Part shown: positions 17,646 through 27,272 of the stretch, in pieces
Layout of the letters: each line of letters starts with the position of its first letter
Numbering within the stretch: position 1 is the first letter of the stretch
From: Candidatus Krumholzibacteriia bacterium
Lineage (GTDB): Bacteria > Krumholzibacteriota > Krumholzibacteriia > LZORAL124-64-63
NCBI GenBank assembly: GCA_046484865.1
Contig: JAWOID010000103.1
Location: 1-64,000 of the forward strand
Direction of reading: 5' to 3'
DNA length: 64,000 nt
Translations under genes and position numbers: made by a program
Notes under the pieces: model-generated
Seen by the model: the letters and a program-made list of their open reading frames with translations, nothing else
The model's database searches: none
What the model was told of the DNA's origin: nothing

Positions 17646-18587
17646 CTACAGTCCCATGACGGTCAGCCAGCGCTCGCACTCCAGCGCGGCCATGCAGCCG
17701 GTGCCGGCCGCCGTCACCGCCTGGCGCCAGACGTGGTCCTGGACGTCGCCGCAGGCGAACACGCCCTCGACGCTGGTGGCGGTGCGGTCGGGCCGGGTGA
17801 TGACGTATCCGTTCGCATCCATCTCGACTTGCCCGTCGAGGAACTGCGTGTTGGGCACGTGGCCGATCGCGATGAAGCAGCCCATGACCGGCAGTTCCAG
17901 ATCGTCGCCGCCCGTGGTGCTCGCCAGGCGCAGGCCGCGCAGCATCCCGTTCTCGTCGGCCAGGTACTCCTGCGGCACGCGGTTCCAGGCCACCTCGATG
18001 TTCTCGGTCGCGAGGGCGCGGTCCTGCATGATCCGGGAGGCGCGGAACTCGTCGCGGCGGTGGACGATGGTCACCTTGCGGCAGATCTTCGCCAGGTAGG
18101 TGGCTTCCTCCATGGCGGTGTCGCCGCCGCCGACGACCGCCACGTCCTGGCCCCGGAAGAAGAACCCGTCGCAGGTGGCGCAGGCCGACAGCCCCTTGCC
18201 GTGGAACTCCTGCTCGCGTGGCAGGTCGAGCCAGCGGGCGGTGGAGCCGGTCGCCAGGATGACGGCCGGCACGGTCCACGATTCCTCGCCCACGTGCACG
18301 GTGAAAGGGCGGTTGCCGAAATCGACCCGGTCCACCGACTGGCTGATGATGCCGGTGCCGAAGCGGGCCGCCTGCCGGCGGAACCTCTCCATCAGTTCGG
18401 GGCCGTCGATGCCGTCGGGGAACCCGGGAAAGTTCTCCACCTCGGTGGTGATGGTGAGCTGGCCGCCGGGCTGCGTGCCCTCGAAGAGCAGGTTCGGGAT
18501 GTTGGCGCGGCTCAGATAGATGGCCGCGGTGAAACCGGCCGGGCCGGAGCCGATGATGACGACCTGAGGCGTCGCGGCAGCGCTCAT
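17646..18587 (-). CDS. trxB: Thioredoxin reductase
   Basis: [43 protein letters not shown]. Confidence 0.96.
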   Translation of the reverse strand: MSAAATPQVVIIGSGPAGFTAAIYLSRANIPNLLFEGTQPGGQLTITTEVENFPGFPDGIDGPELMERFRRQAARFGTGIISQSVDRVDFGNRPFTVHVGEESWTVPAVILATGSTARWLDLPREQEFHGKGLSACATCDGFFFRGQDVAVVGGGDTAMEEATYLAKICRKVTIVHRRDEFRASRIMQDRALATENIEVAWNRVPQEYLADENGMLRGLRLASTTGGDDLELPVMGCFIAIGHVPNTQFLDGQVEMDANGYVITRPDRTATSVEGVFACGDVQDHVWRQAVTAAGTGCMAALECERWLTVMGL

Positions 18588-18635
18588 GGTTCCTCCCGCA
18601 GAGGCTGATGGACGGCGGGCGCGTTCGACGTCCCG

Positions 18636-18732
18636 ATTGGTAATCCAGGCGATCTAACGTGTCAACCTCGGCGGCGGGCCGGCGTTTCCGTGTCGCCGCT
18701 CCTTGACGCACCGCGTTGGGGGTGTTAATTAT
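18636..18732. promoter_or_regulatory. Divergent promoter region trxB / rplU
   Basis: Minus strand: TTGACA (18660-18665) with weak -10 TACCAA(T). Plus strand: TTGACG (18703-18708) with AT-rich TGTTAATTAT. Confidence 0.4.
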
Positions 18733-18822
18733 AGCGGCTTGTGAGTTCGAGCGGGCGGAGCGGGGCCGATGGCCCGACGCACCGCCATGCGCGGCAACCG
18801 CCTCGATCTGCGGAGTTCAGCG

Positions 18823-19134
18823 ATGTACGCGGTGGTGAAGATCAAGGACCAGCAGTACCGGGTCGAGACCGACAAGACCGTGCAGGTGCCCCGGTTCACC
18901 GACGAGGTGGGGACCGCGCTGACGTTCGGCGAGGTCATGCTGCTGGGCGACGGGGACGACGTGAGGGTGGGGACGCCGCTGGTCGAGGGCGCCTCGGTCT
19001 CGGCGGAGATCCTGAGCCATGGCCTGAGCCGGAAGATCATGATCTACAAGAAGAAGCGGCGGAAGAACTACCGCCGCAAGAAGGGCCACCGGCAGCCCTT
19101 CACCGAGGTCCGCATCACCGCGATCAACGCCTAG
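18823..19134 (+). CDS. rplU: 50S ribosomal protein L21
   Basis: [36 protein letters not shown]. Confidence 0.96.
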   Translation: MYAVVKIKDQQYRVETDKTVQVPRFTDEVGTALTFGEVMLLGDGDDVRVGTPLVEGASVSAEILSHGLSRKIMIYKKKRRKNYRRKKGHRQPFTEVRITAINA

Positions 19135-19144
19135 GAGCAGAACC

Positions 19145-19399
19145 ATGGCGCACAAGAAAGCAGGCGGCAGCACCCGCAACGGCCGCGACTCGAATCCCCA
19201 GTACCTGGGCGTGAAGCGCTACGGCGGTCAGGCCGTGCTCGCCGGCACCATCCTGGTGCGGCAGCGCGGGACCAAGATCCATCCCGGGCGCAACGTCGGA
19301 CGCGGTGGCGACGACACGCTGTTCGCGCTGGTGGACGGCAAGGTCCTGTTCGAGGATTTCGGCAAGAAGAAGAAGCGGGTCAGTGTGCAGCCCAGCTAG
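19145..19399 (+). CDS. rpmA: 50S ribosomal protein L27
   Basis: [29 protein letters not shown]. Confidence 0.97.
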   Translation: MAHKKAGGSTRNGRDSNPQYLGVKRYGGQAVLAGTILVRQRGTKIHPGRNVGRGGDDTLFALVDGKVLFEDFGKKKKRVSVQPS

Positions 19400-19422
19400 C
19401 ACCCGTCCTGTTCACGGTTCCG

Positions 19423-19455
19423 GCGAGCCCATCCCCCCGGCGGGATGGGTTTCGC
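19423..19455 (+). terminator. Stem-loop after rpmA
   Basis: CCCATCCC(19428-19435)/GGGATGGG(19442-19449) followed by TTT. Confidence 0.5.
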
Positions 19456-19540
19456 ATTTGCGCCCGGTCGCGCCGTGCGGCGGAGAGGCGCGGAGCCGGC
19501 GCCGTGGCTGCCGGGAGTCCGTCTCGGGGGAGGCGATCGC

Positions 19541-20302
19541 GTGAGCAGCGTCCTGGTGGTGATCCCCGCTCGCTGGGGTTCGACCCGACTGCCCGGCAAG
19601 GCGCTGGCGGACCTGGGCGGCCGTCCGCTGGTGGTGCGCACGGCGGAGGCCGCCGCGCGGATGGTCACGGCCACCGAGGTGGTGGTGGCCACCGACGACC
19701 CCCGCATCTGCGAGGCGGTGTCCGCCTCCGGGCTTGCTTGCGAGCTGACGGCCGAGCATCCCACCGGAACCGACCGCGTGGGGGAGGTGGCCCGACGGCG
19801 CGGGCCCGGCGGGCCGGCCGACATCGTGGTGAACCTGCAGGGCGACGAGCCCCTGCTGGACCCCGCCGACGCCGACCGTCTGGTGGCGGCCCTGCGGGAC
19901 GACCCGAGCGCCGCGATCGCCACGGCGGCGCACCCGCTGCCCGGGCCCGCAGCCTGGGCGGATCCCAACGTGGTGAAGGTCCTGATGGACCGGGCGGGGC
20001 GCGCCCTGTACTTTTCGAGGGCGCCGATTCCGGGGGCCCAGCCGGACACGACCGCGACCGGCGAGGGCTGGCGCCACGCGCTGCGCCACGTGGGCATCTA
20101 CGCGTTCCGCCGTCCCGCTCTGGACCGTTTCCTCGCGCTCGGACGGGGCGAGCTGGAGCAGGCCGAGGGCCTGGAGCAGCTGCGTGCGCTGGAGCACGGG
20201 CTTCCGATCCGGGTCGTGACCCTGTCGGCGGCGCCGGTGGGCGTGGACACGCCCGCGGACCTGGAGCGGGTGCGCGCCCTGTGGCGTGCGCGGCACGGAT
20301 GA
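19541..20302 (+). CDS. kdsB: CMP-KDO synthetase
   Basis: IPARWGSTRLPGKAL, VATDD, TGTDR, NLQGDEP, HVGIY, EGLEQLR, GVDTPAD. Confidence 0.95.
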   Translation: MSSVLVVIPARWGSTRLPGKALADLGGRPLVVRTAEAAARMVTATEVVVATDDPRICEAVSASGLACELTAEHPTGTDRVGEVARRRGPGGPADIVVNLQGDEPLLDPADADRLVAALRDDPSAAIATAAHPLPGPAAWADPNVVKVLMDRAGRALYFSRAPIPGAQPDTTATGEGWRHALRHVGIYAFRRPALDRFLALGRGELEQAEGLEQLRALEHGLPIRVVTLSAAPVGVDTPADLERVRALWRARHG

Positions 20303-20330
20303 CCCGAGAACGCGAAAGGACACGCAGACC

Positions 20331-21971
20331 TTGACCAAGTTCATCTTCGTGACCGGCGGGGTGGTTTCCGCCCTCGGCAAGGGGATCGCCAGCGCCTCCA
20401 TCGGCACGCTGCTGAAGGCCCGTGGGCTCCGCGTCATCCTGCAGAAGTTCGATCCCTACCTGAACGTCGATCCGGGCACGATGAGCCCCTACCAGCACGG
20501 CGAGGTCTTCGTGCTGGACGACGGCGCCGAGTGCGATCTGGACCTCGGTCACTACGAGCGCTTCACCGACACCAACCTCTCGCAGATCAACAATCTCACC
20601 AGCGGACGGGTCTACGAGACCATCCTGGCCAGGGAACGCAAGGGGGAGTACCTGGGCCGGACGGTCCAGGTGATCCCGCACGTGACCGACGAGATCAAGC
20701 GCCGGATCCGGCTGTCGGCGGAGACCGGCGACGCCGACGTGATCATCACCGAGATCGGCGGCACCGTGGGCGACTACGAGTCGCTGCCGTTCCTGGAGGC
20801 CATCCGCCAGTTCACCCTCGAGGCGCCGCGCGCCGACACGGCCGCCATCCACCTGACGCTGGTGCCGTACATCGAGGCCGCCGGCGAGATCAAGACCAAG
20901 CCCACGCAGCACTCGGTCCGGGAGCTGCGCAGCATCGGCATCCAGCCCGACTTCCTGATCTGCCGGGCCCGCGAGGCCCTGGGCAACGACGCGCGGCGGA
21001 AGATCGCGCTGTTCTGCAACCTGCCGGTGGATCACGTCATCGACGGGCGCGACGTGCGCTCCATCTACGAGGTGCCGCTGAACTTCCACCGCCAGAGCCT
21101 GGACGATCTGCTCTGCCAGCGCCTGGACCTCGACCTGCCGCCGGCCGATCTCTCCGACTGGGAGCGGATGACCCGCATCATCCTCGACCCCCCCGAGACC
21201 GTGCGCATCGCGGTGGTCGGCAAGTACGTCGAGCTGCGCGACGCTTACAAGAGCATCACCGAGGCCTTCGTCCACGCCGGTATCCCGAACAAGGCGGGGG
21301 TGGAGAAGGTGTGGGTGGACTCGGAGACGCTCGAGGGACGCGAGGTCGGCGAGCAGAAGCTGGCCGAGGTGTTCCGCGACTGTCACGGCATCCTCGTGCC
21401 GGGCGGCTTCGGCGACCGGGGCATCCAGGGCAAGATCAACGCCATCCGGTTCGCCCGCGAGCGCAAGATCCCCTTCCTGGGGATCTGTCTGGGGCTGCAG
21501 TGCGCCATGATCGAGATCGGGCGTGATCTGGTCGGCCTGGAGATGGCCAACAGCAGCGAGTTCGACCCCGTCTGCCAGCACCCGGTGATCCACCTGATGG
21601 AGGAGCAGCGGAAGGTGTCCAACCTCGGCGGCACCATGCGCCTGGGGGCCTACCCCTGCCACATCCAGGAGGGCACGCTCGCGCACCGGTGCTACGGCGA
21701 GACGGTGATCAGCGAGCGGCACCGCCACCGGTACGAGGTCAACAACGCCTACCGGCCGGGCTTCCAGGAGGCCGGGGTGGTGTTCAGCGGGCTCTCGCCC
21801 GACGAGCAGCTCGTGGAGATCCTCGAGCTGCGCGGTCACCCGTTCTTCGTGGCGGTGCAGTTCCACCCCGAGCTGAAATCGCGACCGCGTCGTCCACATC
21901 CGCTCTTCCGCGAGTTCGTGGCGGCGGCGCTGGCGCATCAGAAGCTCGAGCGGGGTGCCGCCGCCGTCTAG
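20331..21971 (+). CDS. pyrG: CTP synthase
   Basis: TTG start; FVTGGVVSALGKG, DPYLNVDPGTMSP, KTKPTQHS, GICLGLQ, RHRHRYE, QFHPE. Confidence 0.97.
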   Translation: MTKFIFVTGGVVSALGKGIASASIGTLLKARGLRVILQKFDPYLNVDPGTMSPYQHGEVFVLDDGAECDLDLGHYERFTDTNLSQINNLTSGRVYETILARERKGEYLGRTVQVIPHVTDEIKRRIRLSAETGDADVIITEIGGTVGDYESLPFLEAIRQFTLEAPRADTAAIHLTLVPYIEAAGEIKTKPTQHSVRELRSIGIQPDFLICRAREALGNDARRKIALFCNLPVDHVIDGRDVRSIYEVPLNFHRQSLDDLLCQRLDLDLPPADLSDWERMTRIILDPPETVRIAVVGKYVELRDAYKSITEAFVHAGIPNKAGVEKVWVDSETLEGREVGEQKLAEVFRDCHGILVPGGFGDRGIQGKINAIRFARERKIPFLGICLGLQCAMIEIGRDLVGLEMANSSEFDPVCQHPVIHLMEEQRKVSNLGGTMRLGAYPCHIQEGTLAHRCYGETVISERHRHRYEVNNAYRPGFQEAGVVFSGLSPDEQLVEILELRGHPFFVAVQFHPELKSRPRRPHPLFREFVAAALAHQKLERGAAAV

Positions 21972-22034
21972 CCGCCCGGGAAACCGCCGCCGTCCGCCGA
22001 CCCGTGGCCGCGCCGCGGCGGCGCAGGAGGAGAG

Positions 22035-22871
22035 ATGTCCATCGCGGCCGCGATCGAGCTGGCGGGACGCCCGGTGGGAGCCGGCGAGCCGCTGTACGTG
22101 ATCGCCGGACCCTGCGTCCTCGAGGATCCCGACGAGATGCTGCGCACCGCGGGCCTGCTGGCGCAGACGTGCCGGTCGCTCGGCCTCGGCTACTGCTTCA
22201 AGTCGAGCTACGCGAAGGATAATCGCACCAGCGGTCGCTCCTTCCGCGGACCGGGTCTGCAGGAGGGGCTGCAACTGCTGGCGCGCATCGCCGACGCTCA
22301 CGGCGTTCCGGTCCTCACCGACGTGCACCACCCGGACGACGCCGCCGCCGTGGCCGAGGTCGCCGAGGTGCTGCAGATCCCGGCGTTCCTCTGCCGTCAG
22401 ACGTCGCTGCTCGAGGCGGCCGGCCGCACCGGGCGCGCCGTCAACGTCAAGAAGGGGCAGTTCGTCGCTCCCGGGGACATGGCCCACGCGGCGGGCAAGC
22501 TGCGGGACGCCGGCTGCCGCCGCATCCTGTTGACGGAGCGCGGCACCTTCTTCGGCTACCGCGATCTGGTGGTCGACTACCGCGGCATCGGCATCATGCG
22601 CGACCTGGGCCACCCCGTGGTCATGGACGCCACTCACAGCGTGCAGTCGCCCGGCAGCACGGGAACCGCCACCGGCGGCAATCCGGAACTGATCCCGCTG
22701 CTGGCCCGCTGCGGCGTGGCCGCGGGCGCGGACGCCGTGTTCCTGGAGGTCCATCCCGAACCGGCACGCGCGCGCAGCGATGCGGGCAGCCAGATGCCGC
22801 TGGAGAGCTTCCGACCGCTGGTCGAGGAGCTGCGTCGGTTCCGCGAGCTCGTCCTGGAGGTGGAGGCATGA
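22035..22871 (+). CDS. kdsA: KDO-8-phosphate synthase
   Basis: IAGPCVLE, KDNRTS, QIPAFLCRQT, KKGQF, ERG, DATHSVQ. Confidence 0.96.
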   Translation: MSIAAAIELAGRPVGAGEPLYVIAGPCVLEDPDEMLRTAGLLAQTCRSLGLGYCFKSSYAKDNRTSGRSFRGPGLQEGLQLLARIADAHGVPVLTDVHHPDDAAAVAEVAEVLQIPAFLCRQTSLLEAAGRTGRAVNVKKGQFVAPGDMAHAAGKLRDAGCRRILLTERGTFFGYRDLVVDYRGIGIMRDLGHPVVMDATHSVQSPGSTGTATGGNPELIPLLARCGVAAGADAVFLEVHPEPARARSDAGSQMPLESFRPLVEELRRFRELVLEVEA

Positions 22872-23527
22872 TCCGGCGCCGGCCCGAGCAACCCTGGCCC
22901 CCGCGGGACGACGAGGCCTACCGCGCCGAGGCCGAGGCGGCCGTGGGACGCGACCTGTGCGACCTGCTCGCCCGGGTCGAGCTGATGGTCTACGACGCCG
23001 ACGGCGTGCTCACCCCCGGCAAGCTGGTGTACGGACCCGGCGGCGAGGCGCTCAAGGAGTTCCACACCCTCGACGGGCTGGGCATCGTGCTGGCGCGCAC
23101 GGCGGGCATCAAGCAGGCGGTGCTCACCGGCCGCAACAGCATCATCGTGCGCAAGCGCGCCGAGGAGCTTCGCTTCGCGTCCATCAAGCTCGCCCGTTTC
23201 GACAAGGGCGCGGCGATGGAGGAGATCCTCCAGGAGACCGGCTGCAGCGCCGAGCACACGCTCTACATGGGCGACGATCTGATCGACGTGCCGGCCCTCG
23301 ATCTGGTGGGCGTGCCGGTGGCCACGCCGGAGGCCCCGCAGGACGTGCGCGACCGCTGCCTCCATGTGACCCGCGCCCAGGGCGGTCGCGGCGCCGTGCG
23401 CGAGATGACCGACCTGGTGCTCAAGAGCGCCGGCCTGTTCGGCACGGCGCTCGCCCGCCTGGGCGAGAAGGCCTGGCAGCCGCGTCCGGACGAGACGGCG
23501 TCCGCGGACGAGGAGACCCTGCAGTGA
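22868..23527 (+). CDS. kdsC: KDO-8-phosphate phosphatase (HAD)
   Basis: DADGVLT, DGLGI, TGR, YMGDDLID, GGRGAVRE. Confidence 0.92.
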   Translation: MIRRRPEQPWPPRDDEAYRAEAEAAVGRDLCDLLARVELMVYDADGVLTPGKLVYGPGGEALKEFHTLDGLGIVLARTAGIKQAVLTGRNSIIVRKRAEELRFASIKLARFDKGAAMEEILQETGCSAEHTLYMGDDLIDVPALDLVGVPVATPEAPQDVRDRCLHVTRAQGGRGAVREMTDLVLKSAGLFGTALARLGEKAWQPRPDETASADEETLQ

Positions 23528-24522
23528 ACCCTCGCGCTCCCGACCTCGACGACGGCGACATCCTGGCGCGCGGTCGCGCGGCGCTGGCCCAGGAGGCCGC
23601 GGCGCTGGACCGCCTCGGGCGCGAGCTGGACGGGACCTTCGTCCGCGCGGTGCGCACCCTCGCCGCCTGCGAGGGGCGCGTGCTGGTGACCGGTCTGGGC
23701 AAGTCGGGCCTGGTGGCGCGCAAGATCGCCGCCACGCTCACCAGCACCGGCACGCCGAGCCACTTCATCCACCCGGTCGAGGCCGTCCACGGCGATCTGG
23801 GCGTCGTGCGCGGCGGCGACATCCTGATCGCTGTGAGCCGCAGCGGCAACAACCCGGAGGTGGTGCGGGTCCTCCAGCAGTGCAAGCACTTCGGCATGAC
23901 GGCCATCGCCATCACGGGCGCTCCGGAGAGCGAACTCGCCCGCGCCAGCGACATCGTGCTCGCCACGCCGGTCGAGCGCGAGGCCTGTCCGCTGAACCTG
24001 ACACCGACCACCAGCGCGGTGGCCGCCGCGGCCATGGGTGACGCCCTGGTCGTGACCCTGCTCGAGCTGCGCGGGTTCGACCGGGACGATTTCGCCGCCT
24101 TCCATCCCAGCGGCGTCCTCGGACGCAGCCTGCTGCTGCGGGTGCGGGACATCATGCACGCGGGCGACGAGCTGCCCGTGGTCGGCCATCGTCGCACGCT
24201 CCGCGAGTCGTTGCCCGAGATCGTCGGCAAGCGGCTGGGCGGCACCTGCGTGGTGGACGACGAGGGTTTGCTCGCGGGTGTCTGCGTGGACGGCGACGTG
24301 AAGCGGATGCTGCTGAAGCGCGAGGACGCCCTCGACCGGCCCATCACCGAGGCGATGAATCCCCGCCCGCTCACCATCTCCGCCGACCTGCTGGTGGCCC
24401 GGGCGCTGCGCCTGATGGAGGAGCGACCGGAGGGACCGGTGACGCTGCTCATCGTGGTCGACGGGCGCCGTCCGATCGGCCTCTTGCACATCCACGACGT
24501 GCTCCGCGCCGGCTTGCTCTGA
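23524..24522 (+). CDS. kdsD: Arabinose-5-phosphate isomerase (KpsF/GutQ, SIS plus CBS)
   Basis: GLGKSG, HGDLG, EACPLNLTPTTS, FHPSG, CBS pair. Confidence 0.94.
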   Translation: MNPRAPDLDDGDILARGRAALAQEAAALDRLGRELDGTFVRAVRTLAACEGRVLVTGLGKSGLVARKIAATLTSTGTPSHFIHPVEAVHGDLGVVRGGDILIAVSRSGNNPEVVRVLQQCKHFGMTAIAITGAPESELARASDIVLATPVEREACPLNLTPTTSAVAAAAMGDALVVTLLELRGFDRDDFAAFHPSGVLGRSLLLRVRDIMHAGDELPVVGHRRTLRESLPEIVGKRLGGTCVVDDEGLLAGVCVDGDVKRMLLKREDALDRPITEAMNPRPLTISADLLVARALRLMEERPEGPVTLLIVVDGRRPIGLLHIHDVLRAGLL

Positions 24523-24612
24523 CCGTCCGCCACGCAGCCCGCGCCCGTGCCGGAGGCCTTGGCTCGGCGGCGTGGCCGGGCCACGCCGGGCGGGCGCCGC
24601 TCATTGAACAAA

Positions 24613-24655
24613 CGTAAGCATGTCAAAGACTTACGAGAATGGCACAGGTCGTGCT
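24613..24655 (+). promoter_or_regulatory. Sigma54 -24/-12 promoter with adjacent IHF-like site, upstream of the lpxL-lptC-lptB-rpoN operon
   Basis: TGGCAC-AGGTC-GTGCT (24640-24655); TGTCAAAGACTTA (24621-24633) is one mismatch from WATCAANNNNTTR; flanked by CGTAAG/CTTACG. Confidence 0.65.
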
Positions 24656-24700
24656 TGACGGCGGTCTCCGCCACGACGAACCTGGGGAGGAGGGAGTCGC

Positions 24701-25804
24701 GTGAGCCAGCATCGCGAAGCGCCCGGGGCGGCCGGCCTGCCGCCGCCGGATCCGGGAGCGGGGCTGCCCGTGTTCCGGCGCTGGCGCCGCCGATTCTACC
24801 ACGGGCTGCTGCTCGCCGTGGCCGCGGCGGTTGCCCAGGCGCCCCCCGCGACGGGACGGTTCCTGTGCGAGCGACTGGCGCTGGCGGCCCTGCTCGGGCG
24901 CGGCCGGGAGCGTCGTCGCGCCGAGGCCAACCTGGCGGCGGCGTGGCCCTCGTTGACGGCCGCCGGAGCGCAGAACGGCACCCGCTCAGCGACCCGTCCG
25001 GTCGACGAGGTGCCCGGACAGGGCGGCGTGCAGGAGGCGGCCCGGCGTCGTCTCGTCCACGCCAGCGCCCGGGCGCTCGGGCGCAACCTCCACACGGCCC
25101 TGCGCCTGGAGGAACTGGCCCGGGGCGACTACGCGGGAGTGCGGCCGGTCGCCGGCCCCGAGGGGCTCGACGCGGTCGGCCGGCTGCGGGAACTGCGGGA
25201 CGAGGGGCGCGGAGTCCTGCTGCTGACCGGCCACCTGGGCTGCTGGGAACTGCTCGGTGCGTACCTGGCGCGGCGGCTGGGCGGCCTGGCGGTGGTCACG
25301 GGCACGGTGCACAATCCGGCGGTCGATGCGTGGCTGCAGGGGAGCCGCCGGCGGCTGGGACTGACGGTGCTGCCGCGGGACCGCGGCGTCCGACCCGTGC
25401 TCGAGCGCCTGCGTGCCGGCGAGATCGTGGCGGTGCTGCTGGACCAGAACACGCGGGTGCCGAGCTTGCCGGTGCCGTTCCTGGGCCGGCCGGCGCCCAC
25501 GGCGGTGGGGCCGGCGCGGCTGGCGGTGCGCCTCGGTTCGCCCCTGCTTCCGGTCGCGATCGCCCGCTGCGGCGACGCCGGCGCCGCGGGCGGCTCCGGC
25601 GCCGGTACGAGGACGCCGGGCGACCTGCACGAGGTGCACTGCCTGCAGACGATCCGTCCGCCGTGCACCGAGGAGCAGGTGCCGGACCTGCTGGCCGCCT
25701 GCAATTCGGCGCTGGCGGAGTTCGTGCGGCGGAACCCGGTGGAATGGGTATGGTTCCATGACAGGTGGGGCGAAGACTCAGGAGCCGGACCGGAGCGCCG
25801 ATGA
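24701..25804 (+). CDS. lpxL: Lipid A late acyltransferase (LpxL/HtrB family)
   Basis: TGHLGCWE, LLDQN, PFLG, WVWFHDRW. Confidence 0.85.
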   Translation: MSQHREAPGAAGLPPPDPGAGLPVFRRWRRRFYHGLLLAVAAAVAQAPPATGRFLCERLALAALLGRGRERRRAEANLAAAWPSLTAAGAQNGTRSATRPVDEVPGQGGVQEAARRRLVHASARALGRNLHTALRLEELARGDYAGVRPVAGPEGLDAVGRLRELRDEGRGVLLLTGHLGCWELLGAYLARRLGGLAVVTGTVHNPAVDAWLQGSRRRLGLTVLPRDRGVRPVLERLRAGEIVAVLLDQNTRVPSLPVPFLGRPAPTAVGPARLAVRLGSPLLPVAIARCGDAGAAGGSGAGTRTPGDLHEVHCLQTIRPPCTEEQVPDLLAACNSALAEFVRRNPVEWVWFHDRWGEDSGAGPERR

Positions 25805-25880
25805 GTCCTCCAGGGCGATGTCCCGGATCCGCCGGGGCGACGTCGGCACCCGTTCACGAGGATCGCGAGGACACGACGGC

Positions 25881-26480
25881 ATGACGATCGAGCGAGGCAT
25901 CGTGCGGCTCCCCACGGTTACCCGGCCCCTGGCCGTCCTGGCGCTGGCCGCGAGCTTGCTGGGCCTCGCGTTTCTGGCAGGCTGCTCGAAGGAAGAATCC
26001 GACGGCCGCAGCCTCGGACCGGGTCCTCATCCCGAGCAGAGGTTCTACGACTATCGCCTGGTCGAGTCCGACGAGGGAGTCAAGCAATGGCTCCTGGAGA
26101 GCGACGAGATGTCCAGGTTCGCCGGGGAGCAGCAGGTCCACCTGGTGAATCTGCACATGACGTTCTACCAGGACGGCGAGGATTTCTCCTCGCTGGTGGC
26201 GGACAGCGGTCGCGCCCACACGGTGACCAAGGACCTCTTCGCCTGGGGCGACGTGGTGGTCGAGACCAGGGACGGTCGCCGGCTGGAGACGCAGGAACTC
26301 TACTACGACAACCAGACGGGGCTGATCCACAACGATGTCTTCGATCGCCTCGTCCGGGGCGAGGACGTGGTGACCGGCATCGGGCTGGAGGCGACACCCG
26401 ATCTGGAGTACATCGAGATCAAGCAGCGGGTGCAGGGCGAGGTCGGGGACGCCGCGGCCGCCGGCGGCGAACGGCCGTGA
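25881..26480 (+). CDS. lptC: LPS export protein LptC (lipobox-type N-terminus)
   Basis: FLAGC lipobox; beta-jellyroll motifs [25 protein letters not shown]; directly upstream of lptB. Confidence 0.78.
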   Translation: MTIERGIVRLPTVTRPLAVLALAASLLGLAFLAGCSKEESDGRSLGPGPHPEQRFYDYRLVESDEGVKQWLLESDEMSRFAGEQQVHLVNLHMTFYQDGEDFSSLVADSGRAHTVTKDLFAWGDVVVETRDGRRLETQELYYDNQTGLIHNDVFDRLVRGEDVVTGIGLEATPDLEYIEIKQRVQGEVGDAAAAGGERP

Positions 26481-27229
26481 CCAGTCCCGTCGCCCCGCCG
26501 CAGCACGACAGCGTCCTGCGGGCCCGCGACCTGCGGAAGGTCTACCGCGGCCGCGCGGTGGTCGACGGGGTGGACCTGGAACTGAACCAGGGCGAGGTGG
26601 TGGGGCTCCTCGGCCCGAACGGCGCCGGCAAGACCACCTCGTTCTACATCATCGTCGGCTTCATCCGTGCGGACTCCGGCAAGGTCTCGCTGAACGACCG
26701 CGACATCTCCGGTCTGCCCATGTACAAGCGTGCGCGGCTCGGGATAGGATACCTGCCGCAGGAATCCTCCATCTTCCGTAAGCTGACGGTGGAGGAGAAC
26801 ATCCTCGCCATCCTCGAGAGCCTCCATCTCTCGCGGCGGCAACGGCGCGAACGACTGGAATACCTGCTGGAACTGATGGGGGTGTCCCACATCCGCGCGA
26901 GCCGCGGGTACCAGCTCTCGGGCGGCGAACGGCGCCGGGTGGAGATCGCGCGGGCCCTGGTCACCAATCCGCGCTTCATGCTCCTGGACGAGCCGTTCGC
27001 GGGCATCGACCCGATTGCGGTCGCCGACCTCCAGGCCGCGGTCCAGCAGCTCCGGGACCAGGGGCTCGGCATCCTGATCACGGATCACAACGTCCGTGAA
27101 ACCCTGTCGATAACCGACAGGGCTTACATACTTTACGGCGGGCGCATCGAGCTCGCCGGTTCGGCGGCGGAGATCGTCGCGAGCGACAAGGCCAAGGAAA
27201 TCTACCTGGGCGAGAAATTCCGGCTCTGA
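26477..27229 (+). CDS. lptB: LPS export ABC ATPase LptB
   Basis: [55 protein letters not shown]. Confidence 0.96.
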   Translation: MTSPVAPPQHDSVLRARDLRKVYRGRAVVDGVDLELNQGEVVGLLGPNGAGKTTSFYIIVGFIRADSGKVSLNDRDISGLPMYKRARLGIGYLPQESSIFRKLTVEENILAILESLHLSRRQRRERLEYLLELMGVSHIRASRGYQLSGGERRRVEIARALVTNPRFMLLDEPFAGIDPIAVADLQAAVQQLRDQGLGILITDHNVRETLSITDRAYILYGGRIELAGSAAEIVASDKAKEIYLGEKFRL

Positions 27230-27272
27230 GCCTCGAGGCCGGCCGGCGCCCTCAGACGTGCGGGAGCCCGCG

